A stretch of DNA of 64,000 bases, from NCBI RefSeq assembly GCF_006345805.1, contig NC_042997.1, forward strand, positions 55,242,001-55,306,000. The letters are read 5' to 3'. Shown here piece by piece: positions 26,350 to 38,899 of this stretch. The notes beneath the pieces were generated by a model, which searched no databases, had not been told where the DNA came from, and was given only the letters and a program-made list of their open reading frames with translations. This DNA is from Octopus sinensis (Eukaryota). Positions within the stretch are counted from its first letter, which is position 1, and each line of letters opens with the position of its first letter. Position numbers and translations under genes: made by a program.

Positions 26350-26790
26350 TTCGCATCATACCGGACCACACACCACTACACCTTACACCGCAATACCACA
26401 CAACACACCATCAAGCACACATAAGCACTGACCACTTCCCAGATCCACATTTTCACACCTACACATACACACACGCACACATCAAGATCACCAGCCCTCT
26501 TCTACACACACATACAAACTCTCTTATACACACGTACGCGCACCTTTGTTTTGGGATCACCACCACTTTATTATCTCCTCTTCTCCCTAGCACTCCTGTG
26601 TGACCCTTCTGTCCGGCCTTCGCCATGATAGATCGGTAGCCGCTATACATTCTTTATTTTCTCTCCTTGTTTCTTTCTGTGTTCCTTTCTGTGGAAGAGC
26701 ATAGGCTCGAAACGTTAAAGACTTTTTCACTTCCCGATCGTTATACTAATACATCTGTTTGTTGTCTACATCACCTGTCTTCGTTTTTTT
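26350..26790 (+). mobile_element. Penelope-like 3' region/terminal repeat
   Basis: CA-rich segment followed by a terminal segment homologous to 11852-11990. Confidence 0.6.
26685..26720 (+). ncRNA. Minimal type I hammerhead-ribozyme-like motif with a variant core
   Basis: CTTT-CTGTGGA-A-GAGC ATAG GCTC-GAA ACGT T-AAAG: stem I CTTT/AAAG, stem II GAGC/GCTC, palindromic ACGT stem III; A6 replaced by U. Confidence 0.55.
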
Positions 26791-26960
26791 TTTGGGGGGG
26801 GGGCGGAATTCTCCCACCCCAAATAAAAAAATAAATAAATAAATATATATATATATATATATGCCAACGCACGAACTCGTGTATATATGTATGTGTGTGT
26901 GTGCGTGTGTGTGTGTGTGCGTATGTGTGTGTGCGCGTGCGTTTGTGTCATGCTTGCACA

Positions 26961-27140
26961 ACCATCGCTTGACAACCGGTGTTGTTTGTACACGTCCCCG
27001 TATCTCATAGGTTCAACAGAGAAAAGACTAATAAAATAGGTACTGAGCTCGATTTGCTCGACTGAACCATTTAAATCCGTGCCCCAGCATGGCCGCAGTC
27101 GAATGACTGAAATAAGAAGAAGAGGAAGGTAAAAGAATAA
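26961..27140 (+). mobile_element. 3' half of the GGCTGTGTGGTAAG SINE family
   Basis: ACCATCGCTTGACAACCG...CCAGCATGGCCGCAGTCGAATGACTGAAA; its 3' part is homologous to 49050-49140. Confidence 0.75.
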
Positions 27141-27502
27141 ACCCAGTTGATTTACTCACGTGTGCGCAGTGTGTGGTCTTATAAGTAACCATTATAAGAA
27201 GTTAAATACAATCATTTACATCGGAAGAGGATGGGGTAGATTAATTGTATAATTACTGTGAATTTTCCGTATTGAAGTGCCGTTTATTGTTTTACTTACT
27301 CTAGTTATAATATCGTGTAAATTTTATGAAAGAAGATATTGGGTTTATGGGATATTGACGCATTTTTACAAAGACATGTCCAGTTACTTATATATGCCAA
27401 TTACTTATATATGTACTTGCATACACATCAATACATAATACGTGATTTATTTTCTGTCTCACTCTTTCTCTCACAGATATTTTTACAACGATACACGCTC
27501 AT

Positions 27503-27504
27503 TA

Positions 27505-27579
<75 letters not shown>

Positions 27580-27580
27580 G

Positions 27581-27623
<43 letters not shown>

Positions 27624-27624
27624 G

Positions 27625-27678
<54 letters not shown>

Positions 27679-27749
27679 CCCACTTACCTACCTAACTACC
27701 AATCTACCTACCTACCTACCTACCTACCTACCTACCTACCTACCTATGG

Positions 27750-27837
<88 letters not shown>

Positions 27838-27892
27838 GTGTCTGTCCGTCCGACTATATGTATGTCTGTCCGACTATATGTCTGTCTGTCTC
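27503..27892. repeat. (TATC)n/(CCTA)n compound array
   Basis: Directly visible. Confidence 0.95.
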
Positions 27893-29061
27893 TATCTCAA
27901 CACATTCAATGATAGGTATGTTCGATCGGAGTCCTTTTGGGGGTTAAAAAACAATATTCAAGACAATGTTTTTCCAAAAACAAAAAAACTGTTTTAAAAA
28001 AATACTGTTTATCCCTTTAGTGGATCGTGGTTAAACTCATATCTGAACACTGCAAATTTATGGAGGAATCTGTTTAATTTATTTGAACGTTAATGACTAA
28101 TAACTTTAAGAAACCATGCATCTATCATGCATATTAGCTTATTGATTTGTAGATGACATTTCATTCAACAGATTTGTTGTTTTGAAATAATCCTCTGAGA
28201 CAAACCGATTTCCCTTTTACTAACAGGCATATTTTTGTTCATTTCCGAAGTGGCTTTAATTACTAGCAGCATTAACAGCTTGTCCAATACATATAGCTAT
28301 TAATTCTTTCTTTATCTTGGCGATCTTACGGTGTGCTTTAATATCATTAAGGACAAACGGAATATTTTGTCCCATCGGATAATAGCAAATAATAGCTTTT
28401 TGCCAAATATCGTCAGTGAAATAATGGTTTAGAAATGATCGTTTTTATCTGTTAGTAGATGAGAGATGTTATATCATGCTACATATTTCCAATTCTTGAT
28501 GAAATACTTCAGATATCCTATTTAGCTGAATCTGCTGTAAATTCTTCACATTCAAGCACACTATCATTCTTACTTACAATTCTATAAACCTTTTATGTTT
28601 ACAGGCGTCATTTCTACTTATTCTCAACTTCAATTTTTCTAGTAAATCGGAATGTTTTTTTTTTGGTGGGGGGTGTTTAGTTTAATAGGCTATCAAATTA
28701 TAAGAAGCATAATTGCTTTGAAACAAATTTACTTCATTTTAGAGTTCGGAGCCAAATATTTAGGTAGAGAACTGTTTACGTATGCCATCACATGTGATGT
28801 TTCTGTTAAAGATTACCGCATATGATCGTTAATATGTTGTGCAGCCATGTGCAGCAAATAGCTACTCTTCCTACTCAATAGAAGGACCTTCATCCGACAC
28901 ATTAGACGTTTTCAGTTTTCACAGCAATCAAACTTAAGACTATTTCAAACTGTCTTTAGGTAAATATGTGGAACAGCAAACTTAAAATGCAAGACTTTCC
29001 AAGACTATACCATTACTCTTCTTTATACAAAACGTGTAAGAACATGATTTGAAATATAATA

Positions 29062-29625
29062 TTGGGTTGTCCGGAAAGTTCGTGCCGATTTTTAAAGGAA
29101 AGAAAAAGACCAATAAATTCTTGCCATTACATTTTTAATCAACCAAATATGAACCATTTTGTTGCACAATGCGTCTCCATCCTTAACTTGAAAATACCTC
29201 CTTCCCAGAATTGAGTGGGTTTCATGACAAATAATTCATCAAGGTATCTTTTTACATCATCCAAGGAATTGAAACTTTTACCATTAAGACTATTCTGCAG
29301 AGACCTGAATAAGTGGAAATCCGAAGGAGCAATATCTGGTGAATATGGAAGGTGGGGTAACATATCTCAGCCGAGCTGCTGCAGCAATTTTTGTCTGGTT
29401 CCCAAAGCATCAAGTGCCGAAAATGAACTTTCTTATCTTCCATTTTAAAGGGTTACAGAATTAACACAGGTTATAGGAACATAAATCTTCTTCCACGAAA
29501 AGATAGCTTAAATTGTGATCTAAATGGAGGTGTAGTCAAATCCTATTTTATAGACTCAACCATGTTCTAAAATAAGTCGAAAGGTAAGCTACTATAAATC
29601 GGCACGAACTTTCCGGACAACCCAA
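29062..29625 (-). mobile_element. Internally deleted mariner (564 bp) with perfect 30-bp TIRs
   Basis: TTGGGTTGTCCGGAAAGTTCGTGCCGATTT at both ends (30/30), TA TSD; N-terminus MEDKKVHFRHLML fused to C-terminus ...HLPYSPDIAPSDFHLFRSLQNSL. Confidence 0.95.
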
Positions 29626-31159
29626 TAGATTTACTTTACTTAGATGTACTGTAAATAAATCTAAAAGCTTTAGTACATTTACTAATGCAATAACCGAGAA
29701 TCACATAACATGAGATCACATCCATATGAAAAACGAACAGCTGATATATATTGAAACAATGATACTGTAAGAATCTTCTCATCAAAATTTTTCAGTTCAA
29801 ATATGAAAGTATTTATACAACTTTCAGAATGAATAACATAAAAAGTGAATTCTTTTGCTGAATGAAAAATAAAACTAAAATATAAAATTAATGTAAGAAA
29901 ATTAAATGCTGTAGAACTTCTAGCGTCTTACTTGAACAACATTAAATGTATAATTCACCGCAAGTTATCGAAAATAACGAAGAGATCATTATACATTCTA
30001 TCCATGTTATGAAGACACATTGTGTTTATTTCCTGCAATTATAATACACACTTGTTTGTTTTACTTTCCTTACAGAGAAAACACCTTCAAGCGTATTGAA
30101 GATATAGATAAGTGTATTGGCAGGAATTACTGAAATAAAAAGAGAGAAAAACGGAGGCGAAGTGCGTTGTTTGGGAGATAACTACGGGCTGTTGGACATG
30201 TTTTGAATTGAGAATTACAGATAATTACTGGAAATTATTGAAATATAGGCAAGACAAAGATGTTGAGATGTTGCGGTGCAAATTTTTTCACTGGGTGTGA
30301 TTTCTTTCTACACCCAAGGAGAAAAAAAGAAAGAAAAAAGTAAAGAATTTGAACGCAATTTACCGCCAATTCATATCTTGCCCACAGACGTGTGTGTATA
30401 AATGTGTGAGCTTCAGATGGCTTGTTTGTATGTATGTGCATGCATTTATTTATGCGTGTGGTCGTGTTTGTGTATTTGGTGTGTGTATGTAAATAAATGT
30501 ATATATATGTAATACATAAAATACAATCCAATGATATCTGTGAAACTACAGCGACTTCGAGAATGCAAATGAGAGAAGTACTTGATGCCAACAGTAACTT
30601 AAACTTTGCACTTAAATTTCTAGCGGAGAAATAAAATAATGTTTACATAGCAATGAGACTATCAGAATAAAGCATCAGTAAGATGCGACGTCTGATGACT
30701 GGAACATGCTAGTGTTCTTCAAAACAAAATATAAGGCTGGCTACATATGAAGGGGTGCTGAAAAGTTGGTTGGAGGCCTGGTTGGAGGCCTGGTCGGAGG
30801 CTTAACCATCCGAGTTCTTTTACTGGGCTTTATTGTCAGGGCGTGATTTTTGTAAGATTTGGTTGCTGTTTCTTGTAGGATGATTGAACACCTAGGGGAT
30901 CCCTTCCCTGATTGGTTCGTTGATGAATGAGTAGTGAATGAAGTCAGAAACTTCAATTTCAATTTTTATAGAGTGATAAAATAAAATAGATATAAAATAA
31001 GACGCAATGTTTATATTAATAAGAGTGGAAAGATCAACAATTATATATCTTTTAGGCCATATCCAATCTAGTGAGATTAATGTGCCTCATGTTTAGGTTG
31101 AAACCAACATTAACTTTTCCAGGAAAGTCGTGGACCACAATCTGACACGGTCGTCTCTA

Positions 31160-31360
31160 TGTGGCGTTACGACTTGCTAGAAATACCATTCAAATATCCT
31201 TCAAATGACAACTTTGCGAATTAACTGAATAAGTGCAGGTCGACTAATGTAGTCCTAGGCACACCGTATTTGAAAACAAAAACGCGATGGTCCCGTTAGA
31301 AATGCCAGTGATCATAGATCTGTAGGATTAAGATTGATCTGAGGATAATAACAAAGACAA
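31160..31360 (+). repeat. Ancient repeat family copy
   Basis: TGTGGCGTTACGACTTGCTAGAAATA...AATGTAGTCCTA...CGCGATGGTCCC. Confidence 0.6.
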
Positions 31361-31819
31361 AAAGAAAATTCTAATTCTGTAGAGGAATGTTTTGAAAAAG
31401 TATTTAATAAAAGATCTAGGCGAGAGACACAGTTGGAATGAAGTGTAAGAGTTACGAATGAGTAAGAGATGGTATAGATGAAGAAAGGTAGGAACAGAAA
31501 GATGGCGAGGTGTGTCTGTGACTCAGTTTTGGTGAATGAATCATTGTAAAGCCAGAGGGTCGTTTTTTCAAATCAGGCAGTCAGACATATTTGCTCGTGT
31601 AGCGACTATACCGTTCCAAATATATAAACATTATTCCATTCCAAATGAAGACTATTTGACTGATTAATGACGATTCATTAGCAAGTGAAGAATTATTTTA
31701 GGGGTTGAAAAATGAATTGCTTTCGCCATAATATTGTGAGGTACAGCATTTAGAATGGATGTGAGAGCTGTAGCGAGGATGTGGGATAAGACTTTCTCTT
31801 TCATGTATACAGAAATTAT

Positions 31820-31965
31820 GTTTCCATCGAATTTAAAAGAACCATCGCGTCTTTTTTCAAATATAGTGTGTATAGGACTACATTGTTCGACGTGTGCTTA
31901 TTTTGTTAATTGGGAAAGATGTCTTTTAAAAGATATTTCAATGCTGTTTCTTGCAGGTCGCGACT
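31820..31965 (-). repeat. Ancient repeat family copy, inverted relative to 31160
   Basis: Reverse complement GTCGCGACCTGCAAGAAACAGC...AATGTAGTCCTATACACAC...CGCGATGGTTC. Confidence 0.6.
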
Positions 31966-34136
31966 CCAATTTGAGACTACTGTATCAGATTGTTGTTCAC
32001 GACTTTCCAAGAGAAGTCGATGTCGGTTTCACCGAACATATTTCTCATGGAAAACAACTAGGTTTGGTGACGCAAAGAACTCAATAGAACATCTGAACAT
32101 AGATAATTAAATACAAGATAACACGATAGAAGACTCTAACCTATGTGAAGAGAAGGCAAAGATGTGACCTACACCTGCTTAATCAGTAGTAACGAAAGGC
32201 TTGACCAAAAAGACTTGTGACAAAAACAGGGGAAAATGTGTTCCAACCACCATTGGGAGCTGCTTCTAAAATGTGAATTTCAAATTTATCTAAGTGGTAT
32301 CAGCATGAGTTCCATAATGTTGATGGAATAATCAAGGGAAACTTTAAAATAGAAACGTAGAATCGTACTAGTGCTTATGTAAAAATGTGATATGTCTTTA
32401 AATGAGAAATATGGGATGTTTTTGGAGTATGAATGACCCGAGAAGAAAGTTAGTTCTAATCGGGCGTTAACTGACTGGAAGATTTTCTGACTTGGCACTT
32501 TAGATAGTAGTCCATAGTAGCAGTAGTAGGTAGTAACTAAATAATATCTCAGAGCACCATTCGTGATGAAGAACAGGCCGAGTGCCAATCCCGCGCCGCA
32601 TGCACTGTAATGTTTAAGCCTTTCCTAAGCGTATTTTCTTAGGTTCTAACTGGGTCTTCCTCTAATCTAGCATTTACTATAACCGGTCCCTTAATAATCT
32701 TTATCAGTCCTTTAATCTCTTTTTCAGAGCGAATCACCATTTGCTGTTCACAGTTGTCCCGGTAACATCTGCTAAGTCGGTTTCTGTTATCATTGCGCGC
32801 TAAGAAAAACTCATTCATCTTCCAGAAACTGGGTCCCTGTCAATGAAGCTATTTGTGTCGACTGTACAGATCGCAAATTTGAAGTTTGTGACCTGCGACT
32901 TTAAATTAATGACAATCTACGTTATCCTTATCGGCTAACCTACAGAATATTCTTGATACGATATGGATGACCCGATGCTGTGTGTTCATATCTACCTTGG
33001 CACGTTCATAAAACCCAGTCGGTCAGACAGTTGGAAACCTCTAACCTCATGATGCATCATGATGCATCCGAGATCACAATTTCCAACTAGCACTACAGAA
33101 AAAATGCTCCTAAGACTTCTGATGTTGCCTAAAGAAATGGTGCTGCTTCGTTTCTGTTGGATGAAAAAGGAAGTACCCAGATTGACGTTCCAAACCATAG
33201 TTACCTGTCTCTGGTTTCCTGCCAAAAATTTCGACGCTGTGCTTTTATTGTTTGTAAATAGTTAAGTTTGAGAAAATGTTTTTTAAAATTCTATCCCAAA
33301 GGATCAAAACAGAAAGGAACTGACTAGTCACTCAGGATTCCTCTGAATTTAACGACAAAATGCAACAAAATAACAGAATAAACAGACGCAAAAAACAATA
33401 CTGCTCAACACCTGAAATACCACGAAGAAAGTTGTCCTGCGTGCTAACGCTACTGCCAGCTTGCTACCTTGATAATAGTAATAATAATAATGTAATAGAT
33501 ATCAAGCATATATTATTCCAGGAATAAATTATAGTTATAATATCCTTAACTAGAAACTAAGTGAATTAGTAAGACTATACAGAAAAACTAATGACTGTAT
33601 TTTGAATAACATCACTGAAAGCCGACTTAGAAAAATTATATTTACCAGTAATACAGGAAGATAGGTTTCTTCTACTTCTATATTATTATACAATAAATAC
33701 TCTAGAATTATAAAACATATCTAGTAAAGATTAATGGGAGACTAATACACAAAGCCAAAAGTATATGAATGAAGAAATAATTACTGTTTTTGTCTTCAGG
33801 GAAGCTAATAAATATACAACAGAAGCTGCGGTAACAAACAGCTTTGAGGAAGATAAAGAAGCAATAGAAGAAACTATTATAAGCCTAAACAGTAAAGTGT
33901 AAATGGGATTTCAAAATGTCATAATGAAACAATATCGAGGGGACTATGCACAGTCACTTACTTTATATAGATGTTATTAAGTTATATCGACAATCCGAAT
34001 AACAAAGTGAAAACATTTTCCAAATTATAAATTGTGTAACTGTGACTACAATATAGACTTGCCAAATGCATCAGGACCACTTTGAAAACGAGTAAGGCGA
34101 CCATGTCGATAAATTCTGGCAATAAAATTAATCATA

Positions 34137-35400
34137 TTGGGTTGACAACTAAGTTCCAACCGATTTTTAAAATTTAAATTTTTTAAAAGGTTTAATAAAA
34201 AAATAACAACTAATTAATCGATAATGTATTCACCTTTGTTGTTTACAACTTCTTCCCTACGTTCAACAACATTTTCAATATTTCTTTGGTAGAAATCATC
34301 CAATTTCAACTCGAAAAATTGATCCAACAAAGCTCTCAATTCTGCATCAGTATTGAAAGAAACTCCGCGCATAGCATTTGAAAGAGATCGAAAGAGGTGG
34401 AAATCCGTTGGTGCGAAATCAGCGAGTACGGCGGGTGTGGCAGCACTTCCCGGCCATGCGTTTGAATGGCTTCATTGGTCATATTGGCGATATGAGGGCG
34501 GGCGTTGTCGTGCAGCAGAACTCCATGCTGCGGATTAGGTATTTTCTCTTGAATAGCCGTGTTGAGTCATTCCATCTATTGAACATATAGTTCCGCGTTG
34601 ACCGTTTGGTTCCGTTCAAGCAATTCGTAATGGATAATCCCTTCCAAGTCCCATCATACGCACAACATCGTTTTACGCAGATGAAAATCTTGTTACATGC
34701 GCTGTGCCGCTTGTTTACCAAGTCTAAGCCATTCCTTACACTGCTTCATATTGATGTACAGGCACAATGCTTCGTTTCCAGTAACGTCTCGTTAAAGAAA
34801 TCGTTGCTTGTGTCCATGAGTTGAATGATAACGAGCAAGCAAACCATCGGAGATTGTGACTCGTTGATTTTTGTTGTTGTAACTTAAAGCATGCGGAAAC
34901 CATGCTCCATACTTCTGAACCTTTCCTATCGAGTGAAGATGCTTCTCTATAGCAGTGTGGGAGCATTTCATTTTCTTTGCCAGTTCCCTTTTCGTTTGAC
35001 GAGAATTTTCGTGCAAAAGTTGGTTTAATCGCTCTTCATGGAACTCAACTGAACGGCCAGGACGAGGTGCGTCTTTGAGGTCAAAATTTCCATTTTTGAA
35101 CTTGGCATACCAATCACGAGCAGTTCTTTCAGCTATGGCACCCTCTCCATACACAGCACAAATGTCGCGAGCAGCTTTTGCGGCCTCAGAACCTTGATTA
35201 AAAGCAAGTGTCGAAAATGCTCGTTTTTCTTAACTTGACATTCCATTTTAATGATCTGAAAACAAACAAAAATTAACTACAAAAAAAAAAATTCCAAAAT
35301 GATTCAAATATAGAATTTTCGAAGAAAATAGATTCCAAAGTTTAAAAATGCAATAAATTCCAAAATTAAAAAAAAGGCGGTAACTTAGTTGCCAACCCTA
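34137..35400 (-). mobile_element. Near full-length decayed mariner; transposase pseudo-ORF 34214-35246
   Basis: Imperfect TIRs T(T/A)GGGTTG(A/G)CAACTAAGTT with TA TSD; MECQVKKNEHFRHLL..., WFPHAL, HPPYS..APTDFHLFRSL...KGEYIID*. Confidence 0.95.
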
Positions 35401-36265
35401 TATATTAATGGTGTTAAAAACAGACGGGATATACTGATATCTGGGTATCAACGAATATGGACAAATTCAGTACGGTTGGATTAAAGAACTAATCAGAAAA
35501 AAATGCATATGATGAACTAAGATGATTCTCAAGAAACAAATCTATATAAAAAAGGATATCTCTATCACACTTGCTCTCTCAACAGTACGATGCCGTTTCA
35601 ATGTAGCAAACTGGAATATGAAAGAGAAAAGGAAGAAATGACAAATACATAAAAACTACTGACGATATTCAGTCTCCACCGTCAAAACTGACAGAAATAG
35701 TATATACAACCTTATGCAGAATGGTTGCACTCAAACACTATACTCTCGGGAAATGCACTTGATGAACCAGTATCCAAAGTAAGTGTGTCCCCAACTGGAA
35801 AGGTAAAACAAATAAAAATACAGATAAACAAATTAACCACTAATACACTAAAAATAAATGGGGGCAAAAGTCACTGCATGGAAAATACCCCATGAGAGCT
35901 AGGGGCCCAAATACATACTAAATTCTTACTCATCAGGGGCTGGTATGCTCTGATCTCAAGCCAGAAGCTGAAGGTCATATTATTGCTGCTTGGGATCAGT
36001 GCCTTCCAACTGGGAATTAGCAGAGTAATTCTCCGAAACATGAAAGTAGTCCATTGGGCCGCATATTCAGAATACATCCAAAGACGACTACATATTTTCT
36101 GGATTCGTCCGACTGACGCCAACAGAGTACTTGCAAAGACATGACAGGGAAGCTCAGTACGTATGCTGGTTAATATTCCTCACATATAGCCTATCCCCCA
36201 ACAGAGAATTGGAGGGAACATGAACCACCTCAAGCAGTCTAGAATGCTGAAATTAACACACTTTA

Positions 36266-36287
36266 AAGGCGGCGAGCTGGCAGAAAC
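36266..36287 (+). mobile_element. Isolated SINE head fragment
   Basis: AAGGCGGCGAGCTGGCAGAAAC lies at an internal deletion of the Dong-like LINE. Confidence 0.6.
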
Positions 36288-37221
36288 TCATGTCTGAAAA
36301 CGTTTGAGAAATTGAGCAAATATAAGTACCTAGAGATTGAAATTATAATAATGTAACATCTCACATAATGTGGCATCTCACAGCTGACTTGGAGCCAAGA
36401 GTATATGTCATTATCTATGTCACTTATACTATCTCTAAAGGTTCAATGCCCTATTCTGTCGTCCTAAGTGTTGAGGTATCTGCCTCATGGAATGTGTGTC
36501 GCTTGTTTTCCTACTGTACAGTTAGTCATGAAAACCAATCACCTACTTCCTCATAGAACATATGTCATGTTAGAATCGTCAAAAGATTCTCATAACTGCT
36601 CCTTTAAGAGAATATAGGAACATTGTCGGAGTACGTAAGCTTCCTGCTTGCTTGTTCTTTAGTGAATCTCTTAGGCAAAGTAGCACACATTTGTGACGTA
36701 ACACCACCACGCTTCCTTCTTTGACTTGATTTGACCAATGTCTAAAATCCCACTTTGTCTTTTAGCGCTAGCAAAGGATTGTTGGAAGTACTTTCATTTG
36801 CATCATTCAAGTGTGCCTTGTTGATATTGATATTGCTAGTATTTTTGTTTAAGTCTTGCAAGTTTATATTTTTGGCTGTCAAATTGCGACTTCTTATATT
36901 TTTAAGTGTATCTATTCGCTTCATGATTAGTTTTTACTGTTTGTCGTTTGTGAATTAGTTTGCATATTCTCAAATAATATTCTTGTTTCTTTTTTGCTAG
37001 CAATTCTTCGCGCTACTTCTGCAAAAGAAGTGATATAGAATGAAACATGAATAAGAAAATGTTCTTTTTAACATGCATTAAATATATTATTTCATGTAGA
37101 TCTCCATACATATCAAAGTCTTTTATTTGCAAAATAATGCAATAAACATTTTCAATCTGTAAAATTCGGAAATAATTTAATTTTCTTTATGCGGACTTAA
37201 AACACATATAGTCGCCAAATC

Positions 37222-37255
<34 letters not shown>

Positions 37256-37256
<1 letters not shown>

Positions 37257-37470
37257 CCTTTCTACTATAGGCACAAAGCCTGAAATTTAGGGAGGAGGAT
37301 AGTCTATTACATTGACTCCAATTCTCAACTAGTACTTATATCATCGACCCCGAAAGGATGAAGGGTAAAGTCGACCTCGGCGAAATTTGAACTCAGAACG
37401 TAGTGACGGGGGAAATATCGTTAAGCATTTCGTCCAGCGCGCTAATGATCCTCCTGCATGCTCACCGCTT
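37256..37470 (-). mobile_element. SINE (GGCGGCG family) with an (AAT)n tail at 37222-37256
   Basis: Core CCCCGAAAGGATGAAGGGTAAAGTCGACCTCGGCGAAATTTGAACTCAGAACGT. Confidence 0.85.
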
Positions 37471-37473
37471 TAA

Positions 37474-37533
37474 CAAGAAGAAGAAGAAGAAGAAGAAGAA
37501 GAAGAAGAAGAAGAAGAAGAAGAAGAAGAAGAA

Positions 37534-37580
<47 letters not shown>

Positions 37581-37592
37581 AGAAGAACAACG

Positions 37593-37626
<34 letters not shown>

Positions 37627-37628
37627 AA
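37474..37628. repeat. (AAG)n then (CAG)n microsatellite
   Basis: Directly visible. Confidence 0.95.
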
Positions 37629-37630
37629 GC

Positions 37631-38790
37631 TTAATACATTGCTTAATGGAGAAGAAATCCCAGACCGGTTGACAAAAGGAGGAATGGTGTTGTGTCTGAA
37701 GGATGCATCGAAACGAAATACTGCTGACAATAATATGCCAATTTCTTGCCTCCCATCAATGTGGAAGTTACTCTCAGAAGGAATTGCAGAAGAACTATAC
37801 AAATTTCTTGATGAGAACGATAAATTACCCCCGGAATAAAAATGCTGTAGAAGGAGTTGTAGAGGTACCAAAGATTATTGATAGACAAAATGGTAATGCA
37901 AGATTGTAAACGAAAGAGAACAAATTTGGGAATGGCCTGGATCGACTATCGCAAAACATATGATATGATTCTACATTCGTGGGCCATCGAGTGCTTAGAT
38001 CTGTTTGGAATTGCGAGGAATGTAACGTGTTTCCTCAAAAGAAGTATAGTGGGGTGGAAAACTGAACTGACATCCTACGGAAAAGTTTGTGCACCCTGGG
38101 CCAGAAGAGGGATTTTCTAGGGTGATAGCTTATCTCTGTTGCTTTTTGTTCTCTGCATGATTCCTCTGACTTTGGTGCTTAAGAAAATGAACCTGGGATA
38201 TCAGCTTAAGGGAAAATCTCAAACAGTCAACCACCTCATCTTCATGGTTGATTTGAAACTGTATGGCAAGGATGAGACACAAGTGAGTTCCTTGGTGAAC
38301 ATGGTCTACTGTTTTAGTGCTGATACTAGAATGGAATTCGAACTCAAGAAATGTGGAATAATCTCCCTAAAGTGAGGCAAGGTAGAGTCCCTAGCAAGGA
38401 AAGAATTACCGAATAGAGAAGAGATTAAATAAATTGAAACAGGAGGCTACATACCTTGGCACATTAGAGTTCAACGAGATGATGGAGAAGGAAATGAAAG
38501 ATCAACTGAGGATGGAATATTTCCGAAAACTAAGGTTGTAGTTGCTCTCAAAATTGACGGGATGGAATAAAATCCAAGTGGTTAGTACATGGGCGATAGC
38601 ATCACTCCGGCAAGGAGCTGGAAGTAAAAAATGGCAAAAGAAAAAAACTAATGAAAATGGATCTCAAGACAAGAAAAACGTTGACAATGCACGGAGCCTT
38701 CCACCTTAAGAGTGACACCGATAGGCTGTACTTGTCCAGATAAAAGGGTGGGAGAGGTTTGGTTAATTGTCAGGATCGTATCGGAGCGGA
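37631..38790 (+). mobile_element. R4/Dong-like LINE RT fragment
   Basis: IDKMVMQDCKRKRTNLGMAWIDYRKTYDMILHSW; RRGIF*GDSLSLLLFVLCMIPL; NHLIFMVDLKLYGK; HLKSDTDRLYLSR*KGGRGL. Confidence 0.9.
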
Positions 38791-38899
38791 ATGACGATGA
38801 TGACGACAACGACGATGATACCGATGAGGATTTTATTTTTCTTTAAAAATTACCAACCTATTAAGTGTTTACTCTTTATATGCAGAAGAGATATGATAC

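Larger units (their letters stand above)
33500..36400 (+). mobile_element. Old R4/Dong-like LINE interrupted by a mariner
   Basis: Left part has decayed RT (DVIKLY ~ DDLKLY; GLAKCIRTTLK ~ GLDKCAKATFK). Right part resumes at LGINEYGQIQ, then SLHGKYP, LKPEAEGHIIAAWDQ, YLQRHD, EHEP and KYKYLEIEI. Confidence 0.7.

Noticed and set aside
30076-30133. Strong acceptor (TTTTACTTTCCTTACAG) followed by ENTFKRIEDIDKCIGRNY*
   Set aside because: No recognisable peptide or partner exon; such acceptors are common in AT-rich DNA.
30747-30800. Mariner TIR-like start (TATGAAGGGGTGCTGAAAAGTT) plus three GGT(T/C)GGAGGC repeats, considered as CRISPR-like or telomeric
   Set aside because: 12-bp tandem units with no spacers; no partner TIR seen.
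32540-33260. GC-richer unique stretch with short ORFs (33059-33265)
   Set aside because: Stops in all frames and no recognisable motif.
36742-36958. Asn/Lys-rich short ORFs
   Set aside because: Low complexity and no homology recognised.
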